Of a stretch of DNA of 64,000 nt, positions 39,339 to 52,556 are shown one piece after another. This DNA is from Octopus sinensis (Eukaryota). The stretch covers positions 9,114,001 to 9,178,000 of the forward strand of contig NC_043003.1 in NCBI RefSeq assembly GCF_006345805.1, in the 5' to 3' direction. The translations under genes were made by a program, and so were the position numbers. The notes under the pieces were generated by a model, which saw only the letters and a list, made by a program, of their open reading frames with translations, was not told where the DNA came from and ran no database searches. The first letter of the stretch is position 1. The number at the start of each line of letters is the position of its first letter.

Positions 39339-40426
39339 ACACACACATATATATATACATATGCATAGAAATATGTATGGTGGGAAGGACACGAACTTAC
39401 GTAATTATCGGCGCGCAGACGAGATTAAACCAAGAGGTGTACTTACATACAAAGACACACGCAAACAAATGACTAATGAAAGCACACACATCCAAATATG
39501 GACAAAACACACTTCTTGAGGACACACACACACACACGCATACAGCTATATAGTCATATAATACATATTTATATACAAACTTGTATAGACTCATTATAAT
39601 CAGAACGATTAATATCTCGACTAATCGGAGCATTTCTAATTAAAGATGTTTAATTGGATACTTTTATTGGTTTTTCAGTTCTTTGTATCAATGTTTTCAT
39701 CTGTTACACCCCCGCCACTACCACCACCACCACCACCACAGCTACCATTTGTCTTTTTTGTTTTTATTTTCGTTTTTTTTTTGTTTTTTGCTTTTTGGTG
39801 GTGGTGATGGTGGTGATGGTGGTGGGGGTTTGTTTGTAAAGTGACTCTTGTAAAAAAAAAAGTTAATAGAACGCCGAGATAAATGCTTTGCGATATTTCT
39901 TCTTGCTTTTTTTTACTTTTCACGCTCAAATACCGCCGAGATCAAATTTGCATTTCATTCTTTCGTGGTCAATACAGTAAAGTACAACTCGTGTACTGAG
40001 GATGATTTAATGAACTAACCCCAAACATCACCACCACCACCGCTTCCGCTGCCGCCGTCACCACCACGATCACGTCCACGACCACGACCACGACGACCAC
40101 CACTGCAACCACCACTTGAACCCAAAGCTGTTGGCCTTGTGCTTAAATTAGATACTTTAATTAATATTCTGATTATGAGCACAGTGAAGTGGCAGAACCG
40201 TAAGAGCATCGGAAATGTTTACGTTCTGAGTTCAAATTCCGCCGAGGAGTTCAAGTAAAACGGTGAGGCTGATCTTTTAGAGAAAGCAAAAAAAGGCGAG
40301 AAGAATTAAAAAAACCATTTGAAAGACTGAACGTTGGGGAAAACTTCATCAATTAACTACGATATTTTAAAACTGTGAAGACACACTTACTAATTCTGTA
40401 TGTACGTATATATGTATGTATCTAAG

Positions 40427-40757
40427 CTGGACTCAAGAGTCATCTTCGTAGTCATAAAACGGGACAGATGAGTGACAACCTGGCCACTGGTGGTGGTGGT
40501 GTTACACACCATACTAATCATATCTGTCGGGCATGTGGAAGAGAGTGTAATTCGGCAGGAGGACTTAAACGACATGCAAAGGTACATGAAGCCCAGTTAC
40601 AACTACAGCCGGCTATTACCAGTAAAGGTTTTAGTTGCCAATTTTGTACAAGACATTGTAGACCTTTAGCTGGGCTAAAAAGTCACATTCGATCACAGCA
40701 CCAGTAACAGTTAAGCTTCGTGCAATGGCCATACTCGATAACGAGGGGGCAGCCATC
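40427..40757 (+). mobile_element. 5'-truncated RTE-type LINE 3' end encoding tandem C2H2 zinc fingers, with an 11-bp TSD
   Basis: AGLKSHLRSH...HICRACGRECNSAGGLKRHAKVH...FSCQFCTRHCRPLAGLKSHIRSQH*, with no TGEKP linkers. TSD ATGTATCTAAG at 40416-40426 and 40758-40768. Confidence 0.75.
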
Positions 40758-40883
40758 ATGTATCTAAGAGTGTAACTGTGAATACATCTGTACCTTTTGT
40801 TCTTAAGTTTGATGGAATGAGATGAGAAGATGATGGCAGTTTCGTGACTTTCTGCTGCTCTGAGGATTGTCTCCTTTTATTTT

Positions 40884-41150
40884 AACTCTTTACACTTTTA
40901 TTCTTTTATTCTTTTACTTGCTTCAGTCATTTGACTGTGGCCATGCTGGAGCACCGCCTTTAGTCGAGCACATCGACCCCCAGGACTTATTCTTTGTAAG
41001 CCTAGTACTTATGCTATCGGTCTTTTTTGCCGAACCGCTAAGTAACGGTGACGTAAACACACCAACATCGGTTGTCAAGCGATGTTGGGGGGGACACAGT
41101 CACACAAGCATAAACACACACACACACACACACACATACATACATAATAC

Positions 41151-41181
<31 letters not shown>

Positions 41182-41348
41182 CATACGACGGGCTTCTTTC
41201 AGTTTCCGTCTACCAAATCCACTCACAAGGCTTTTGTTGACCCGAGGCTAGAGTAGGAGACACTTGCTCAAGGTGCCACGCAGTGGGACTGAACCCGGAA
41301 CCATGTAGTTCGTAAGCAAGCTACTTACCACATAGCCACTCCTACGCC
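40884..41348 (-). mobile_element. Family-K SINE, full length
   Basis: Reverse complement of 19507-19968. Confidence 0.9.
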
Positions 41349-41602
41349 TGATAAAATATCTGCTTGGTTCTGATGACCTTAACGTCAAATCTAGGCTACA
41401 GCATATCTGTGATTCTTGCACGTCTTCAACGCCAATATTGGCAATAAATTAAGTTAGATATGCGAATTTAAATTATATGGTCCTTCGATCCTATTGCTTC
41501 TCGCATACCTGTTCAAACCACACTTAGTTTTCTTATAAATTTGAATGTTATTCTATAAAATGTCATGTTCGATGTATGAAATCTCACTTGTGACATCTTA
41601 CC

Positions 41603-41703
41603 TGTTTAAAATTTTACCTGAAGATGGCGAATTATATGTTCTGATTTGATCTATGAATACATCAGTAACATTCTACCGAAATAACTGTCGTAAATTTTAA
41701 ACA
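41603..41703 (+). ncRNA. Type-I hammerhead ribozyme candidate; predicted cleavage after GUC at 41689
   Basis: Stem I UGUUUAAAAUUUUAC / GUAAAUUUUAAACA (14 bp, one bulge). Core CUGAAGA at 41618-41624 and GAAA at 41678-41681. Long imperfect stem II (AUGUUCUGAU/AUCAGUAACAU). Short stem III ending GUC. Confidence 0.75.
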
Positions 41704-41934
41704 CAAATTGTGTTCACTTTTTTTAAAAGTCTACACCACATCTAGAACCAAACGCACAGTGTGGTCTACGGCTTAAATTAGATTTGGTACTTACCTATCA
41801 GCAGTATCCCACCAATTCTTGACACCATTGTGGTTTATGCCACTGTGAACTCTATTACTGTACCAAGCCCTTTCTGGCGCCCTACTTGATTTTGTGCCTA
41901 GGCTCTATTGAATCCTCACAACTAATTTACACAG

Positions 41935-42276
41935 ACAGACAGACCCGCTTCTGTCATGACTGACCATGGGATTGCACCTGGAAAGTTCCCCGCCAAGGCA
42001 CAAGTCCGGGCAAGGTTGTTTATAGAAGACCAGTAAGTCACCCATGCATACCAGCCTCTCTTCTCCACGCCATCGATGTTATCCAAGGGAAAGGTAAAGA
42101 CCAATGCAGCTTGGCACCGGTGACGCCGGAACTCATTTCTGTAGCCGAATGAACGGAAGCAACGCAAAATAAAGTGTCTTGCTCAAGAACACAATGCACA
42201 ACCCTGTCCGGGAATCGAACTCATTACCTCGTGATTGTGAACCCGACACTCTAACCACTGAGCCACGCGCCATCAC
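41935..42276 (-). mobile_element. Family-R SINE, body Y plus tail E; second copy at ~44520-44860
   Basis: tRNA head at 42200-42276 and TTCTTGAGCAAGACACTTTATT body. The tail containing CCCATGGTCAGTCATGAC is shared by both copies. Confidence 0.8.
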
Positions 42277-43098
42277 ACACACACACACACACACACACTT
42301 ATATACAGAGAGAGAGAAAGAGAAGATTGATGACGTAAAGAAAAGCTTGGACTTAAAAATAAACATCAGTGGAACAAGTGTATAGAAATGTGTTATTGAC
42401 TGGGCACATACTAACAAATCAAATTAGTTTAAAGATCTTGGAATTTTAAGAGAAAGTGGTGGATCTTTGGAAACTGAATTTAATAAAAAAATTTAAAGAT
42501 AAATCAAGCAATGTGAACGCTTTTAAATGTATGCATGGAAAACACTTAACTTGGCGATTTACATGGAAATTTAATTATATACGTCAATAGCAACAAAAAA
42601 AAAAAAAGTACCAGGAATGCATTCCATATATGGAAGAGAGTGACGTGAAAGCAATCGAACTATAGCTTTTTGAACGATAGCTAATCGTTTTAGGATCTTT
42701 TAAAATAAAGAATTACCAGCAATTTTGAGATTCAAATAGTATGGGAAGTGGAGAAATGAAGTGATGTGAGACCTAACAAAAGTACGGGATGAAGAAATAA
42801 CTGTTTTTAGTTTAGGAACGATGCCAGCAATTTTGCGGGTAAGGCCTTTAGTCGAAACATTCGACTCCAGTTCTTTTTATGATATTTCTTATCGAACCCG
42901 AAAAGAATGAAAGGTGAAATTGGCCGCAGCAGGTTTTGAACTCAGAACACGAAGAGCCTGACCAGATACAGCTAAGTAATTTATTTTTTGCGATATTCTA
43001 CGATTCTGTCGGTTCACCGTCTGGAAATTAAGAAATAATGGTTTAAAATTTTAGCACAAGGTCAGTAGTTTTGAGGAAGGAGATAAGTATATTTTTTA

Positions 43099-43421
43099 AA
43101 GACTCCGCCGGTTACGACGACGAGGGTCCCAGCTGATACGATCAACGGAACAGCTTGCTCGTGAAATTAACGTGCAAATGGCTGAGCATTCCACAGACAC
43201 GTGTACCCTTAACGTAGTTCTCGGGGATAATCAGCGTGACACAGAGAGTGACAAGGCTGACCCTTTGAAATACAAGTACAACTCATTTTTGCCAGCTGAG
43301 TGGACTGGAGCAACGTGAAATAAAGTGTCTTGCTCAAGGACACAACGCGTCGCCGGGAATCGAACTCACAACCTTACGATCATGAGCCGAATGCCCTAAC
43401 CACTAAGCCACGCGCCCTCAC
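43099..43421 (-). mobile_element. Family-R SINE, body Y plus tail D
   Basis: Tail CCCTCGTCGTCGTAACC is shared with 29429-29815, but the body differs. Flanking duplication GATAAGTATATT. Confidence 0.88.
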
Positions 43422-43949
43422 GATAAGTATATTATATCGACCTTAGAGTTCAACTGTTACTTATTTTATCGATCCCGAAAAACAATGAAATGCAAAGTCG
43501 ATCTCGGCAGGATTTCAACCGGAATAAATATCGCAAGGCACTTTTTCCGATGTTCTGCCGATTCTGCCCGCTCGCTGTTTTAAGATTAATAATAATAATA
43601 ATAATAATAAATAGTAGATGGTAATGAATAGGCTAAGTGCTTCGATCTCAGTGTGAAGGACGGCTGACACAGCAAACAGTAAATCGGAAAGTCTAAGGGG
43701 ATTAGAAGGAAAGGAAAACCGAGGCCTTCTTGGGTATGAATATGAAGATGAAAAGAAGAGATAATGACTGATATTAAAAGCATGGAATTACCAAAGCTGC
43801 TGAGACAACGCGAAAGTTCTTTGACGTGAAAGCTCTTTGTGTGAAATATCGTTGGAGGTGGTAACAGTAACACTATGATGTATATGCAAACACATGTACA
43901 GATACATACACGGATGCATACACACACACAGACACGCACAAACACACAT

Positions 43950-43980
<31 letters not shown>

Positions 43981-44001
43981 CATATGTGTGTTCAATATAT
44001 G

Positions 44002-44032
<31 letters not shown>

Positions 44033-44038
44033 CATAGG

Positions 44039-44260
44039 GCGGCGAGCTGGCAGAATCGTTAGCACGCCGGGCGAATGCTTAGCGGTATTTCGTCTGCCGC
44101 TACGTTCTGAGATCAAATTCCGCCGAGGTCAACTTCGCCTTTCATCCTTTCGGGGTCGATAAATTAAGTATCAGTTACGCACTGGGGTCGATATAATCGA
44201 CTTAATCCGTTTGATTGTCCCCTCTGTGTTTAGCCCCTTTTTGGGTAGTAAAGAAATAGA
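44039..44260 (+). mobile_element. Family-M SINE, B tail (further copies at 45600-45830 +, 46970-47175 - with A tail, 49838-50003 +)
   Basis: Same sequence as 770-1002. Confidence 0.85.
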
Positions 44261-44301
44261 TATATGCATGCATTATGTGTGTGTGTGTGTATATGTATGT
44301 A

Positions 44302-44337
<36 letters not shown>

Positions 44338-47300
44338 TCTATCTGCTCAGCCATAATTATATACAGTTTAACATTGATCTGATGGATCAGTGTAAATTTG
44401 TAATTATTAGACAAGAATATTATCCACTCAGACTTCGAAATCCGACGACTAGCTGAAACTGCGAAGTCACTGTCAATAGTATTATTGTTTGCGAACAATA
44501 TATATATATATATATATATTGCTGAGCTGAGAACCCCTTCGGTCATGACTGACCATGGGATTGAACCTAGAAAGTTACCCTCCGAGGCACAATCCGGGCA
44601 AGGTTATTTATGGAAGACCAGCAGTCACCCATGCTTAGTGGCCACCCCTCTCCACGCCACCAGTGTTATCCAAGGGAAAGGCAAAGACCGATACAGCATG
44701 GCACCTGTGACATCGCAACTCATTTCTACAGCTGAGTGAACTGGAGCAACGTGGAATAAAGTGTCTTGCTCAAGAACAACACGCAGCTCGGTCCGGGATT
44801 CGAACTCGCAACCTCACAATCGTAAGCTCGACAATCCAACCGCTGAGCCATGCGCCTTCACATACACAAATGTAGTTACGTATGTAATAATCGATATATA
44901 CGTATAGACATATGTATACAATCACCCATATGTATGTGTATATGTGTGTGTGTACGTGCGAGTGTGTGTGTACACGTGAGCATGTTTGTATGTGTGTGTG
45001 TGCGTGAGTAAGTGAAAGCATATAAATTTCAGCAGAAATTAAACTTCAGCCACCCACTCCTCTCACGATCAAATGGTGGCAAGCCAGGCATTTCCTCCAT
45101 AAAGTGATTTAACCTGAAGGGTTTACCAGATTGTAGGCAGAACGTTTGAACAGAAGGTCTAGTATTGATTTCTAAACATCTATATTGATTTCTAACATCA
45201 GAAGACCTATTAATATCGTCGCTTAGCAGTAAGTATTTCGAACATCTGAGACCAAGATCCAATTTTAGAAACTCTGTGAGTAATCAACGCGGACATTGTG
45301 TAGATGACAAAATCAAAACTGTGTAGCTGATGATTTAGATCAGAACAGGTTAGATTTTGCTTTCATCTCTACTTACACAGATGGAATTGTGTCAAGTAAA
45401 TCAAATTCTCGTTCGTCTTTCTTTCCTTCCTCCCTTATTCCTTTATTCCTCTTTTCTTTGCCTCTTCTTCTACGTGCCTTTTCTTGTTTTCCTTCTTATA
45501 ACTCATTCTCCAACTCCACTCGTCTCCCCCATCTTTATATCTTTCTTCTCCCACCATCTCTGTATATGCTTCTCCGCCTCTATAACTTTCTCTCCCAAAG
45601 GCGGCGAGCTGGCAGAACCGTTAGCACGCCGGGCGAAATGCTTAGCAGTATTTCGTCTGTCGTTACGTTCTGAGTTCAAATTCCGCCGAGGTCGACTTTG
45701 CCTTTCATCCTTTCGGGGTCGATAAATAAAGTACCAGTTACGCACTGGGTTCGATGTAATCGACTTAATCCGTTTGTCTGTCCTTGTTTGTCCCCTCTGT
45801 GTGTAGCCCCTTGTGGGCAGTAAAGAAATATATATCTTTCTCCTCCCCCTATTTCTTCATGCTACTCCTCCCCCACCACATGTCTTTCTTCTCCTCATCT
45901 CTTTATCTATATTTATTTCTCTCTCTATTTTCTCCCTCTCTATACAGTCTTCTCTTTCTAATACTCTCCCTCCTACCCTTATTCTTCTTCTACTTCTAAC
46001 TTTCGTCCATTATTTCTTTTCTACTTTTGCAGTTGCTAGCAACCATTCGATCTCTCTGCTCTGTTTTCTCTTAAAGTAAAATATTTTAGGCTTACACAAA
46101 TTAACGAATTAGATATGATGTTGCAGCACCTGCGTATTTGCGTGTGTGTATGAGTGTGAGAGAGTGTGTGTGCGTGTGTGTGTTTGTGTGCGTGTGTGAG
46201 TGTGTGTATGTGCGTGTGTGCGTGTGTATGTGCGTGTGTGCGTGTGCGTGTGTGTGTGTGAGTGCGTGCGTGTGTGTGTGTTGCGTATGTGCGAGTGTGT
46301 GTGCGTGTGTGTGTGTGTGTGAGTGTGTGTGTGTGTGTGTGTGCGTGTGTGTGAGTGTGAGTGTGTGTGTGTGTGTTTCTGCGCGCGCATGTGTACAATC
46401 AATGACAACTGAGGCAAACTAATTAATACCACTGATTGGATAAAACAATTGCCGCAACAGTTGAGTTGTTAATACATTTTCTTTTTCCTACTTTCCGAGT
46501 TGTCAGTTCATATTCTGTCACTAGTGTTCAATTCATCAAATAAAACATCGAAGAAAAAAAAAATGGAAGAAACGATTGAAGAAAAGAAGAAAAAAAAATG
46601 CGAGGAAATGCATCTATTTTTGAATTAATTCATATTTTATTTTGTTACTGTTTTTGATCTTCTTTTCCTTTTCTTAAGCTTGTTTATATGTTTGAAAAGC
46701 AGAAAAAAAAAAATTGAAAACACAGGCTTTTACATTTACACACAAATGTACATATTAAAGCGATTAATCTTGTCATAAATCTCAGGAGTGTGTTGAGCCA
46801 ACTCGCAACTCTGGCTTTTGTTGTATTAAGATGGAAAGTAATTTATTACTAGGCGAGTTTGCTTCCTACGAAAGCCTATTGAAAAAAAAAAAAAAATCTT
46901 TGTCGAAAATCTTCCGAAGTTGCTTTGTGCCTTTCATCTTTCCAAAATCGATAGAATTAGTCTCTCTCCAATAGGCACAAGGCTTGAAATTTTGTAGGAG
47001 AGATCTAATCGATTACATCGATCACATGATGGAAGTCAAGGATAAACCTTTGACCGAAAGGATGAAAGGCAAAGTCGACCGCGGCGGAATTTGAACTCAG
47101 GACGTAGCGACAGACGAAATACCGCTAGGCTTTTCGCCCGGCGTGCTAAAGTTTCTGCCAAGCTCGCCGCCTTTTGAATTCAAATACTGCTGTATCTTTT
47201 ATCTTTCACATTTTCCAGTCATTGGACTGCGGCTGTGCTGCTCCCCACCCCGTTGATGAGCTTAATCGAAGAAATCAACCAATGTACTGATTTTAAACCT

Positions 47301-47619
47301 GGCATTTATTCTCTCTTCCTCATAGTTTCCGTCTACACACAGTTTCACTCACAAGGCATTGGTCGGACCGGAGCTATAGTGGAGACACATGTTCAAGGTG
47401 ACATGCAGTGAGGTTGAACTGGAAACCATGAGATTGCCAAGCAAGCTTCTTAACCAAACAGCCATGCCTGTGCTTTGGTCAGCTTCACCTTTTATCCTTT
47501 CAGTGTTGGTAAATTAAGTCCTAGTCAAGGCCATAATCGATTAAATCATTTATATTTTATTTATCAAACATCTGAAGCTTTTGAAATCACTATTCATTTA
47601 TAAGTTTCATTGTTCTCTA

Positions 47620-48440
47620 GGTGTGAAAGAAAGACTAAAGTCACCCTACCTTTACATCAAGAGTTGACTGGTTTCTTTTTAGTTCCCAAGCGAAAATTTA
47701 GGGGTAACTCTGAATGATGTGCCGAGCGATATCTCCTCTATCCGGTGAAGGGATCAAGAGAGTGTATGCCTGATTTTTAAAACTGAAACTTGGACGAAGA
47801 AGCCAGGGAACAGAAGAAAGAAGAAAGCAGACATGTACCCAACACCAGAGCTGAAGACACCTCCAAAAGGTGGGGCCCTGCCACGTCAAAACGGTAGAGT
47901 AGTAGGGGCCGAAACCGGACGTGGTTCCTCCTGATGATGTCTTGAGCTAACTGGATCCTATAAAGGAGCTGTTGTGGTAGCAGACCACGAAACACGGTTG
48001 TAATTCCTCAGCTGGGGTGTCACACCACTGCCCATACACTAACGTTGTAATGTATCGTTCTGCGCAATACCAGAGTCGCGATTAATGGTTTATCCTTGAC
48101 TTTTCATCAAGTTTGTGTTGAAATATAGGCAGGAAGCAGATAGAGAGTGTTACCAGAGCCGACACGTGGCCATGTAATTCCGATCCCAGATGAACATGCT
48201 AAATTATTTGCGTTGGAGGCACTCAAGTAACAGATACAAGACAACAGTAGAGCTAGCAGCGAGGTCTATAGACGACTTTTTTCAGTGTACCAATGTTTGC
48301 AACTTTGACAATCGTTTAAAAAGCTGTATTGTCTTCAGGTTCAAAGGCCGACGACCAGTAAGCTGAAATACTCCCTCCAGTAGTACCACCCAATCACCTG
48401 GAGCGTGGAGAGAGATGGAAAATTCTAATCGGATGCAATA
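47620..48440 (+). pseudogene. Possible third PLE relic: pLTR-like GC-richer block with two CUGANGA...GAAAC motifs, followed by a decayed RT core
   Basis: 48127-48290 reads ECYQSRHVAM*FRSQMNMLNY....LAARSIDDFFSV, resembling the PLE motifs YxQxxGVAMG and RYIDD. Motifs lie at 47851/47911 and 47931/47989. Confidence 0.4.
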
Positions 48441-48528
48441 AGAAAAATGAAAACAAACAAAAGCGAAAAAAAAAAAAAATGAACACAAATCAAATGTATG
48501 TAAGATGAACGAAGAGCCAATCAGGGAT

Positions 48529-49115
48529 GTTAGTTAGTTAGTTAGTTAGTTAGTTAATTTGGCTCAAAAGCAAATAGCAAGGCCATGTAGGGGGACATGG
48601 AGTTAAGTACAGGGTGGTGTTCATGTAAAGAGTTCAGGCCACTTGAGGTCCAGGGAGCCTTTGAACAAAGCGGTCGTCGGCATCTTCACCATCTCGTCTG
48701 GCAGCTTGTTCCACGGATCCGCAACCCGGACGGAGAAAGCTCCCTCCTTCAATTGAGATGAAATCGTCGCAGGTAGAGCTTTTCGAATGACCCCGCAGCC
48801 GACGCTCCGGAGCAGGAGTGAGAACAGCTCTTTCGAGAGGTTACACTTCCCGCTTATGATGCTGTGGGCGAGAATGAGATCACCACGGCGGCGGCGTTTT
48901 TCAAGAGAATAAAGGTCGAGCGTCCTCAGCCTTTCTTCGTAGGACAAATTTTTGAGACCATGAACCATGCGGGTAGCCAGCCTCTGGACTCTTTCGAGAT
49001 GCTGTATGTCTTTGAGGAGATAAGGAGAAGAGGCTTGAATCCCATACTCCAATATGGGTCTCACCAGCGTGACATAGAGTGGCAGGGATGACAGAGTTTT
49101 GAAAATCAACAATGA
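48529..49115 (-). mobile_element. 5'-truncated CR1-like LINE 3' end with a (TAAC)n tail
   Basis: LYVTLVRPILEYG...LERVQRLATRMV.GL.NLSYEERL..LDLYSLEKRRRRGDLI...FSVRV..WNKLP. (GTTA)n at 48529-48556. Confidence 0.9.
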
Positions 49116-49662
49116 GTTCCTGATAAAAATTTACTACAAAACCTTAAGGTGGACAATGGAGACGATGTGTTGAGTGAGGGGAAAGAATTTAAATAAGAGT
49201 TCAAAAAACATCATTCAGATGGTAGACTGCTGGCGAAGACAACAACGATTATCCGTTATGAACCGAATGGAGCCTGTCCAGAGGATGTAGCATGCTTCTT
49301 GTCGCGTGCGTACTTTGATCCAGCAGAGGGTTGGGCCGGTTTATTATCCAGGTGTGAATGGGTTGCACTTATTAGCTGTGTACATTTGTGGACTTTTTAC
49401 TGTCCTCATATATAACATTCTAGCTCCACGCCTAGGTTGTACTTAACTATTAATGTACACCCCTACCTGTCATATATACCATTTGTGCTATATATGTTAT
49501 ATATATATATTATATATATATATATATATGGAGAGTTACGAAAAAAACAAAAGACGAAGACAGGTAGTGTACAAAACAAAGAAATGTATTAGTATAACGC
49601 ACAGGAATAGAAAAAGTCTTTTACGTTTCGAGCCTAACGTAGAAAAAACAAGGAGAGAAAAA

Positions 49663-49696
<34 letters not shown>

Positions 49697-49725
49697 TCTA
49701 TATATATATGTATATATATATATAT

Positions 49726-49779
<54 letters not shown>

Positions 49780-49789
49780 CTTCTATATA

Positions 49790-50336
49790 TCTTCTATATA
49801 TATAAAGCTGAAGTTGTCTGCGTGTGGTAGGTTTGGTGCCTAGCGGTATTTCGTCTGCCTTTACGTTCTGGGTTCAAATTCCGCCGAGGTCGACTTTGCC
49901 TTTCATCCTTTCGGGGTCGATAAATTAAGTACCAGTTACGTGCTGGGGTCGATGTAATCGACTTAATCCGTTTGTCTGTCCTTGTTTGTCCCTTCTGTGT
50001 TTAGGTTTAGTAGCCTTCAACTAACACTATCTTCTCCGACACCCAGCGACGTATGATAGAAGGAGGCTTGCTCTTCATTCCGTAGAAGATAAAATTAAAA
50101 TCGGACCATGTTAATAACAAAAATTATTTACATCGAAAAGGTGGGTTTTTTTCTATGAAAATCCCTATTTTTTACGATTTTTTTACTGCTGTGTCGCCAT
50201 TTTTCGGTGTATTTCAACCAGAAAAATGTTCACTTAAAGAGAATAACAAGCTACATAATGTAAAATTTTTCCTTTTCAAAAATTCCAATTCTAAAGAGTC
50301 GAAACAAACCCGAGCAACGCCGGGCGATACTGCTAG
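49790..50336 (+). mobile_element. Non-autonomous Helitron inside (TA)n, carrying a SINE fragment
   Basis: 5' TCTTCTATATATATAAAG. The 3' hairpin CCCGAGCAACGCCGGG plus CTAG|T (50333-50337) is identical to the 20075 element end. Confidence 0.8.
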
Positions 50337-50353
50337 TATATATATACATACAT

Positions 50354-50386
<33 letters not shown>

Positions 50387-50406
50387 TATACATGTATGTG
50401 TGTGTT

Positions 50407-50439
<33 letters not shown>

Positions 50440-50685
50440 GTGTGTGTGTGTATATATATATTATATATATATATATACATGTATGTGTGTGTATATATAT
50501 ATATATACATGTATGTGTGTGTATATATATATATACATGTATGTGTATATATATATATATACATGTATATGTGTGTGTGATATATATTATATATATACAT
50601 ACATGTATGTGTGTGTATATATATATATATATATACATGCATGTGTGTGTGTATATATATAATATATATATATATATATAGATAT

Positions 50686-50727
<42 letters not shown>

Positions 50728-51227
50728 ATATACATGCATGTGTGTGTGTGTACATATATGTATTTATATGGGCCTTGTAGTAAACATCTAAAAGTATTTT
50801 AATCATAATTATCAGCAGCGCCATTATCATTACCTTACCATTAGTCAATGTTGTAGAATTGAAGTAGATATTCGATGAGTATGCGACACGGTATCGATTA
50901 CCGATTGGATTCATTGAATTTTAATTACGTAGTTAATGCCTCTGAGAGAAGTCTTGAACTTTATATATAACCAGCTCATCAATAAATCATAGGTGTTTCG
51001 CGATAGAATAAAAAAAAAAAGACCCCAATTTTTATCATTGATAAATCTAGAGAAGAAACGACCGAACTCGTAAGCCGCTTTCGGTTTTTTGGGTTGAGTA
51101 ATTTTGTTTCAGTTTTGTCACTGATCCCTTTGGGAAAAGCATATACGTCGCTTCATTCTACTCTATCTCTCGCTTAGACTTCTCGTACCTCACGTTTATT
51201 AGTAAGAACGCCACCAACCATTCTTAG

Positions 51228-51314
<87 letters not shown>

Positions 51315-51318
51315 ACAG

Positions 51319-51363
<45 letters not shown>

Positions 51364-51370
51364 CACATTT

Positions 51371-51401
<31 letters not shown>

Positions 51402-52174
51402 CACATTTACACACACACACACATATATATATATACACATTTACACACACACACATACACACACATATATATATATATATATACACATTTACACACACAC
51501 ACATATATATATGTTACTCTTTTACTTGTTTCAGTCATGTGACAGTTGCCATGCTGGAGCACCGCCTTTAGTGAGCAAATCGATCCCAGGACTTATTTTT
51601 TTGTAAGCCTAGTACTTAATCTATCTGTCTCTTTTGCCGAGCCGCTAAGTTACGGGGACGTAAACACACCATTATCGGTTGTCAATCGATGTTGGCGGGA
51701 CAAACACACCACACACACACACACACACACACACAATATATATATACTTACCAGTCAGCCTTTCTCTCTATCAATGATTTCGCTACCTTCAATCCAAATA
51801 AATAAAATGAAAAAAAAAAATATGATAAAGCAAAAAAAAACACATTTTCTTGTAAAAATATTGTGAATAAATTGTAGCTTTCCCTCATTTGCTTGGTACC
51901 AATGTTAGGAAGGCAACTAGGATGGTTGTGATTGGACAATAACAGCTAATCTACATATGCAACACTGGCTCTCGCATCAAGTTGAAATATTAGCAGCATT
52001 CTGAAGCTCTACTGCACTGCACCAGTGTCTCTCCACTCACAGATTGGGTCTATGGAAGGACAGAGGATACAAAGTAGGAGGGATATAGAGTTCACCGGTA
52101 CATATATTGAGTACATGTTTAAACACACACACACACACATCAAGGTATCTTTCGTCTTCCCTCTCGGTCTCACT

Positions 52175-52290
52175 CTTCTTCTTCTTCTTCGTCTTCTTCT
52201 TCTTCTTCTTCTTCTTCTTCTTCTTCTTCTTCTTCTTCTTCTTCTTCTTCTTCTTCTTCTTCTTCTTCTTCTTCTTCTTCTTCTTCTCTC
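52175..52290. repeat. (CTT)n microsatellite
   Basis: Directly visible. It is the source of the poly-L/R/K/F ORFs. Confidence 0.95.
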
Positions 52291-52524
52291 TCTTTCTCTT
52301 TCTCTTTCTCTCTCTCGGAAGGATTTCTTCTTTATATATTTTATATTTCTCTCCGCCCGATGCACACACACACACACACATACATACATACATCCATGCA
52401 TACGTACATGCACGTATACATGCAAATATACAGGCACACACACATGTATATGTGTGTATATATATGAATCTATGTATGTGTGTGTGTGTGTACATACACA
52501 CACATGTATATATGTATATATATT

Positions 52525-52556
<32 letters not shown>

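Noticed and set aside
40468-40707. Host C2H2 zinc-finger gene exon
   Set aside because: It is bounded by a TSD, has no splice sites or TGEKP linkers, and has a LINE-like 3' end. It is kept as a retroelement fragment.
42400-42830. Possible very old LINE RT remnants here and at 27480-27960
   Set aside because: Only scattered residues (e.g. FKDLGIL; DGIELVE) are recognisable, too weak to annotate without a search.
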